Shown here: piece by piece, positions 59,641 through 64,000 of the stretch
Position numbering within the stretch: position 1 is the first letter of the stretch
Layout of the letters: every line of letters begins with the position of its first letter
Origin: an uncultured Verrucomicrobiae bacterium
GTDB lineage: Bacteria; Verrucomicrobiota; Verrucomicrobiia; Limisphaerales; UBA11358
DNA length: 64,000 nt
Direction: 5' to 3'
NCBI GenBank assembly: GCA_963738175.1
Contig: CAVTVI010000006.1
Location: 263,493-327,492 of the forward strand
Translations under genes and position numbers: made by a program
The notes under the pieces: model-generated
What the model was told of the DNA's origin: nothing
The model's input: the letters and a program-made list of their open reading frames with translations, nothing else
Databases searched by the model: none

Positions 59641-59664
59641 CGCCATGGGGTGTTCACCCCATGG
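59641..59664 (-). promoter_or_regulatory. stress-block palindromic box, copy 15 (perfect 10-bp arms)
   Basis: CCATGGGGTG-AA-CACCCCATGG followed by CG, 103 nt upstream of ATG 59537. Heads the six-gene signalling operon. Confidence 0.6.
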
Positions 59665-59881
59665 GTATTTTCGAGTCGTCCCGGATGAAAACTGCCGGCT
59701 GACCGGGGCTTTGTCCGTGCCGAGGCCAACCTCCAGCAGGCTGAACTGAATCTTTCCCGCACTATGGACTCGAAAAGTTCAACGGTTTTTGCATTTCCAT
59801 AAAGCAGGGTTTTGAGAAATTGTAACGTGCAAACCGATTTTTTGTTGCCCCAAGATAATTCATTGCTGTATTGAAAGCCGG

Positions 59882-60652
59882 ATGCACCTCGGCAAAATTC
59901 AGATTTTTCCCATCAAATCATTGGACGGCCTGTCCGTCGGGCAAACTCAAATCACATCCGGCGGCATTTTGGCAAACGACCGCGTCTACGCGATTTTCGA
60001 CAAGGATGGCAAAGTTGTAAACGGCAAGCGCACGGCGCGCGTGCATGAGTTGCGCTGCAAATTCGACGCGGAGATCAGGGAAATTCAACTCTGGCAAAAT
60101 GGCGGATCGTCGCCCACGCAATTTTATTTTGACGCGCCGGAAAAAATTGAAAAATGGCTGGGCGATTTTTTCGGGTTTGCCGTCACGTTGCGGCGCGAAC
60201 CGCAAAAAGGTTTTCCCGACGACCGCGAGGCGTTTGGCCCGACCATCACGAGCGACGCCAGCCTGCGCGAAATCCAGAAATGGTTTCCCGAACTGACGCT
60301 GGAAAGTTTGCGCCGCCGTTTCCGCACGAATCTTGAACTCACCGGTGGCGAGCCGTTTTGCGAAGACCGGCTTTTTGGCGCGCCCGGCGAACTCAAGCCG
60401 TTCCAGATCGGCGCGGTGAAATTTTTCGGCCACAACCCCTGCCAGCGCTGCGTCGTGCCCACGCGCGATCCCGACAGCGGCCAGGCCGTCACGGATTTTC
60501 AAAAAAAATTCATGGAACTGCGCAAAAGATTTCTGCCCGAATGGGCCAACGCGCAGCGCTTCAATCATTTTTACCGGTTCACGGTGAATACTTCCATCCC
60601 GCCGGATGGAGCGGGAAAATCATTGCGAGTGGGCGACGCGGTTGCATTTTAA
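59882..60652 (+). CDS. MOSC domain protein (N-terminal beta-barrel + MOSC)
   Basis: IQIFPIKSLDG..., RFRTNLEL, conserved Cys in NPCQRCVVPTRDPDSG. Confidence 0.8.
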   Translation: MHLGKIQIFPIKSLDGLSVGQTQITSGGILANDRVYAIFDKDGKVVNGKRTARVHELRCKFDAEIREIQLWQNGGSSPTQFYFDAPEKIEKWLGDFFGFAVTLRREPQKGFPDDREAFGPTITSDASLREIQKWFPELTLESLRRRFRTNLELTGGEPFCEDRLFGAPGELKPFQIGAVKFFGHNPCQRCVVPTRDPDSGQAVTDFQKKFMELRKRFLPEWANAQRFNHFYRFTVNTSIPPDGAGKSLRVGDAVAF

Positions 60653-60910
60653 TTTTGGATTTTCGGTCGCGATTTGTTCGCCGTGTGCAATTTGCGACAA
60701 GCCAGCCTGCCGATTTTTCCCAATCGCTTCTTTGCGGCGGGAAAAAACCATTGAAATTGCTTGGTTTTTTTACGACAGCAGTTTTGGTTATCATTTGGCA
60801 TTTGTGATGCTGACAATGAGTTGCGTTTATGACGATGTCTTTGAAAGACGGACCGCGCCAGACATGAATCAATTCCAAAAACTAAAACCCAAAAACCCAA
60901 AGGAACTGCC

Positions 60911-62314
60911 ATGAACAAGTTAAGAGCAAACTGTCTGAACTTCAAGGAACTGCTGGCGCAAAACATTGCGCTGATTTCGCCGACCATGACGGCGGCGCTG
61001 ATTGTGCCGCTGATGTTCGGCACCACCGGCAGCATCAGTTGGCTGTCTTATGGCTTGGGAGCCGTCTTGGTATTGTTTGTCGCGCTTAGCTTGAACCAAT
61101 TTGCCAAGCGCACGACCAATTCCGGTTCGATGTATAGCTACGCCATGTCCGGTCTTGGATTTGCCGGCGGCTCGCTCTGCGGCTGGTGTCTTCTGTGGGC
61201 GTATCTGTTCATCGGTCTGGCCGGCACGACCGGATTCACAATTTTCGCGACGACGCTGCTTCAGATGGTTCATGTCAACGTGCCGCCCCTGATTCTTTTC
61301 GCTTTATGTTTGGGATCATGTTTCTATATCGCTTACAAGGACATCAAAATTTCCACGTTGATCACTTTGGGGCTGGAAGTGTTTTCATGCGCTTTCATCA
61401 TGTTGCTCGCGTTCATCGTCTTGGGGCATCACCACTTTGCGATTGATTCATCGCAATTCAACTTTAAGGGCACCTCGCTGCTGACCTTGGGCATGGGCAC
61501 GGTGGTCGCAATCTTCAGCCTCGTCGGTTTTGAAAGTTCCACGGCGTTTGGCGAAGAAGCCGTCAATCCGCTTAAAACCATTCCCCGTTCTATCATTTGG
61601 AGTCTCATCATCACGGCATCCTTCTTTATTTTCATCACTTATGTGGAAGTGCAGGGCACGGCAGGATCCTCGACCACTTTGGACAAAATGAGTGCGCCGC
61701 TGAACACGCTTGCCGTCATGTATGGCGTGCCCTACCTGCAGCCGATTCTTTCGCTGGGTGCCATGGTCAGCTTTTTTGCCCTGGCATCTTCCTGCATGAA
61801 CGCCGGCGCCCGCGTGATGTATGCGATGGGCCGTCACGACTTTTTCCCGCAAAACACCAGCTATGCCCATGCGAAGCACGGCACGCCCCACGTTGCCCTT
61901 ATTGTCATGGCCATTGTGATGTTCGCCGTGGTGTCAGTGGCTTACGGCTTTCTGGTGACTAACGGCCTGGCGGTGCTCGACGAGTTCAACTTCGCCGGCA
62001 CCATGGGCGCATTTGGTTTCGTTGGCGCTTACACGCTCATCGTGCTTGCCGCGCCATTCTTTCTCAAAAAACGCGGCGAACTGAAGGCACAACACGTCAT
62101 ACTGTGCGTTGTGGCAATGGTGCTGATGTTGGTTCCCATCGTTGGCAGCGTCTGGCCCGTTCCCTCCGCGCCGGTCAATTATTTTCCGTATGCTTTCGCC
62201 GCCTATCTTTGGTTTGGCATCCTCCGCGTGATGGGAATGAGGCATCAAATACCACAGCGCGTGGACGAAGTCAGTCAGGAAGTCCAGAAACTCCATGCCG
62301 CCGCAACCGCCTGA
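60911..62314 (+). CDS. APC-superfamily amino acid/polyamine permease
   Basis: 467 aa, about 12 TM helices, GFESSTAFGEEA motif. Confidence 0.8.
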   Translation: MNKLRANCLNFKELLAQNIALISPTMTAALIVPLMFGTTGSISWLSYGLGAVLVLFVALSLNQFAKRTTNSGSMYSYAMSGLGFAGGSLCGWCLLWAYLFIGLAGTTGFTIFATTLLQMVHVNVPPLILFALCLGSCFYIAYKDIKISTLITLGLEVFSCAFIMLLAFIVLGHHHFAIDSSQFNFKGTSLLTLGMGTVVAIFSLVGFESSTAFGEEAVNPLKTIPRSIIWSLIITASFFIFITYVEVQGTAGSSTTLDKMSAPLNTLAVMYGVPYLQPILSLGAMVSFFALASSCMNAGARVMYAMGRHDFFPQNTSYAHAKHGTPHVALIVMAIVMFAVVSVAYGFLVTNGLAVLDEFNFAGTMGAFGFVGAYTLIVLAAPFFLKKRGELKAQHVILCVVAMVLMLVPIVGSVWPVPSAPVNYFPYAFAAYLWFGILRVMGMRHQIPQRVDEVSQEVQKLHAAATA

Positions 62315-62318
62315 AATT

Positions 62319-63140
62319 ATGCCCGCGACAAAAATCGGCTCCGTAGCCTCGCTCCATCGTTATCCCGTCAAATCCATGATGGGCGAGGAACTGAACGCGA
62401 CGCGCGTCGGCACAAAAGGTTTTCACGGCGACCGCGCCTTCGCCATCGCCGACGCCGAAACGGGAAAAATCGCCAGCGCAAAAAATCCGTCCAAATGGCC
62501 GACGCTTTTCAACTTTCGCGCCGCGTTCGCCGGACCGTTGAACGGCGATTCTCTGCCGTCCGTCTGGATCACTTTGCCGGACGGCAGCACCGTTTCGACC
62601 GAGGACAAAAACATCGCCACGCGCTTGTCGTCGAGTTTGGGCAAGCCGGTTCGTTTTCTGAAAGGCGCGACGGCTTCCGGCACGCTCGAAGAATACTGGC
62701 CGGACATTGACGGCCTCGCGCGGCGCGATGTCGTGACCGACGAAGCGATGCCCGCCGAAACTTTTTTTGATTGCGCCACAATTCATTTTCTGACGACGGC
62801 CACGCTCTCAAGTCTTCGCGCGCTTTATCCCGAAGGCCAGGTTGAAACGCGCCGTTTCCGCCCGAATCTCGTGATCCAGACCGCCCCCGACTTCAAGGGC
62901 TTTCCCGAAAATGAATGGGACGAAAAAATTCTTGCCATCGGCGGCGAAGTAAAAATAAAAATCACCGGGCCGTGCGGTCGCTGCGTGATGACCACGCTGC
63001 CGCAAGGCGATTTGCCCAAGGACACCGGCATCTTGAAAACCGCCGCGCGCCACAATCAGGCGCGCGTCGGCGCTTACGCCTCCGTCCTGCAAGGCGGCGT
63101 CATCCGCGCGGGCGATTCCGTTCAGATCGAATCTAATTAA
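62319..63140 (+). CDS. MOSC domain protein (YiiM/YcbX-like, no ferredoxin domain)
   Basis: LHRYPVKSMMGEEL, RRFRPNLVI, GPCGRCVMTTLPQGD. ATG 62319 follows the permease stop. Confidence 0.8.
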   Translation: MPATKIGSVASLHRYPVKSMMGEELNATRVGTKGFHGDRAFAIADAETGKIASAKNPSKWPTLFNFRAAFAGPLNGDSLPSVWITLPDGSTVSTEDKNIATRLSSSLGKPVRFLKGATASGTLEEYWPDIDGLARRDVVTDEAMPAETFFDCATIHFLTTATLSSLRALYPEGQVETRRFRPNLVIQTAPDFKGFPENEWDEKILAIGGEVKIKITGPCGRCVMTTLPQGDLPKDTGILKTAARHNQARVGAYASVLQGGVIRAGDSVQIESN

Positions 63141-63227
63141 AGTATCGGTCTTTTTTCTGTGCCTTTCCCTTTGACAAAGCGAATTGGCAGTTCCACCTTC
63201 GCATTTCTGCGCGCTAAAGTCTAAATC

Positions 63228-63989
63228 ATGCATGACCTGACCGCATCGAATTGGGCGATCTTGATTACCGCCGTTTTCACGGTCGCATTTTTCTATTCCT
63301 CCGTCGGCCACGGCGGCGCGACGGGTTATCTCGCCGCGCTCGCGCTCGTCGGCGTCGCGCCCGCTTCCGCAAAAGTGACAGTGTTGATTGCGAATGTTTT
63401 CGTCGCCAGCATCGCGTTCTGGCGCTTTTACCAGGCCGGTCATTTCGATTGGAGAATTTTTCTTTCGTTCGCCGTCGCATCCGTTCCCTTCGCGTTTCTC
63501 GGCAGCAAAATTCACATCAGCCCGCATACTTACAAAATCATTCTGGGCGCGGTGCTGTCAGTCGCGGGAATTATTTTATTGTTCCGCTCGCGCTGGCAGA
63601 CTGAAGATGTCACTTTGCGAAAATGTTTTTTGCCGGTCGCGTTGCTCGTCGGCGCGGTGCTGGGATTTCTCGCGGGACTGACCGGAATTGGCGGCGGCGT
63701 TTTTTTGAGTCCGCTGCTTTATTTGTTCCGCTGGGTGAAACCCAAAACCACCGGCGGCATCGCAGCCGGATTCATCGTGGTGAACTCCATCGCCGGACTC
63801 GTCGGCGCGGGCTGGGAAAAAATCACGCACGCCGGGCCACTGCTCTGGCTCACGCTGCCAGCGGTCATCGGCGCGCTGCTCGGCACGCATCTCGGCGCGC
63901 GACGCTGGAGCAGCGTCACGTTCAGCCGCGTGCTGGCGGGCGTGCTGATTTTTGCCGGTGGAAAATTATTGCTGGAAACGGTCAACTGA
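63228..63989 (+). CDS. TauE/SafE family sulfite/anion exporter
   Basis: 253 aa, 7-8 TM helices, two GxGGG(x)FL-type repeats (SVGHGGATGYL; LTGIGGGVFLSPLL). Confidence 0.75.
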   Translation: MHDLTASNWAILITAVFTVAFFYSSVGHGGATGYLAALALVGVAPASAKVTVLIANVFVASIAFWRFYQAGHFDWRIFLSFAVASVPFAFLGSKIHISPHTYKIILGAVLSVAGIILLFRSRWQTEDVTLRKCFLPVALLVGAVLGFLAGLTGIGGGVFLSPLLYLFRWVKPKTTGGIAAGFIVVNSIAGLVGAGWEKITHAGPLLWLTLPAVIGALLGTHLGARRWSSVTFSRVLAGVLIFAGGKLLLETVN

Positions 63990-64000
63990 AATTTCATTCG

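Noticed and set aside
26685-59664. The recurrent 22-bp element as a REP/MITE-type selfish repeat or as CRISPR repeats.
   Set aside because: The copies are single, always 5' of a gene and always in the same orientation relative to it. They have no flanking terminal repeats, target-site duplications or regular spacing, and no cas genes are present.

Overview
High-GC bacterial chromosomal segment. It looks like a Verrucomicrobia/PVC-type genome: it has a PEP-CTERM protein, a prepilin-type/DUF1559-like protein, an RCC1-repeat protein, and A/C-rich leaders with poor Shine-Dalgarno sequences. That taxonomic call is inference only.

Nt 1-24 kb is an energy and housekeeping block. It holds PFOR (nifJ) plus a DHOD-like gene, then adk. 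A complete minus-strand bidirectional [NiFe]-hydrogenase cluster follows: hoxE-F-(orf)-U-Y-H-W and then hypA-F-C-D-E, with no hypB. After that come a membrane pyrophosphatase, rpsB-tsf, pyrH, mutM and tRNA-Asn.

Nt 25-60 kb is a dense block of small general-stress-type genes: Dps, DUF2934, PRC-barrel, CsbD, BON/OsmY-like, entericidin-like, Lmo0937-like, YqjD/E/K-like, PLD/cardiolipin synthase, outer-membrane proteins and a GT4-GH130 sugar module. These are interleaved with many two-component signalling genes. Nt 60-64 kb carries MOSC-permease-MOSC-TauE.

Main hunt result: a ~22-bp imperfect palindrome, consensus GGTAGGGTTACACCCCATGGCG / ATGGGGTGAACACCCCATGGCG. I found it 15 times (plus 1-2 degenerate copies) between 26.7 and 59.7 kb. 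Every copy is intergenic and has the ACCCCATGGCG half pointing at the downstream gene. It fronts almost every transcription unit of the stress/signalling block, including all of the block's regulators. I saw no copy in the flanking 26 kb and 4 kb. I read it as the cis-element of an undescribed stress regulon (alternative-sigma promoter, operator or 5'-UTR hairpin).

Secondary observations:
- At least seven single-base indels break conserved genes, including the essential tsf and pyrH. This looks like assembly error.
- An ATPase-less DHp-only histidine-kinase paralog.
- A LuxR-solo regulator with nine 21-nt coding repeats.
- AT-rich genes inserted into the hox operon and between tsf and pyrH.
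- Several unannotated mini-ORFs.
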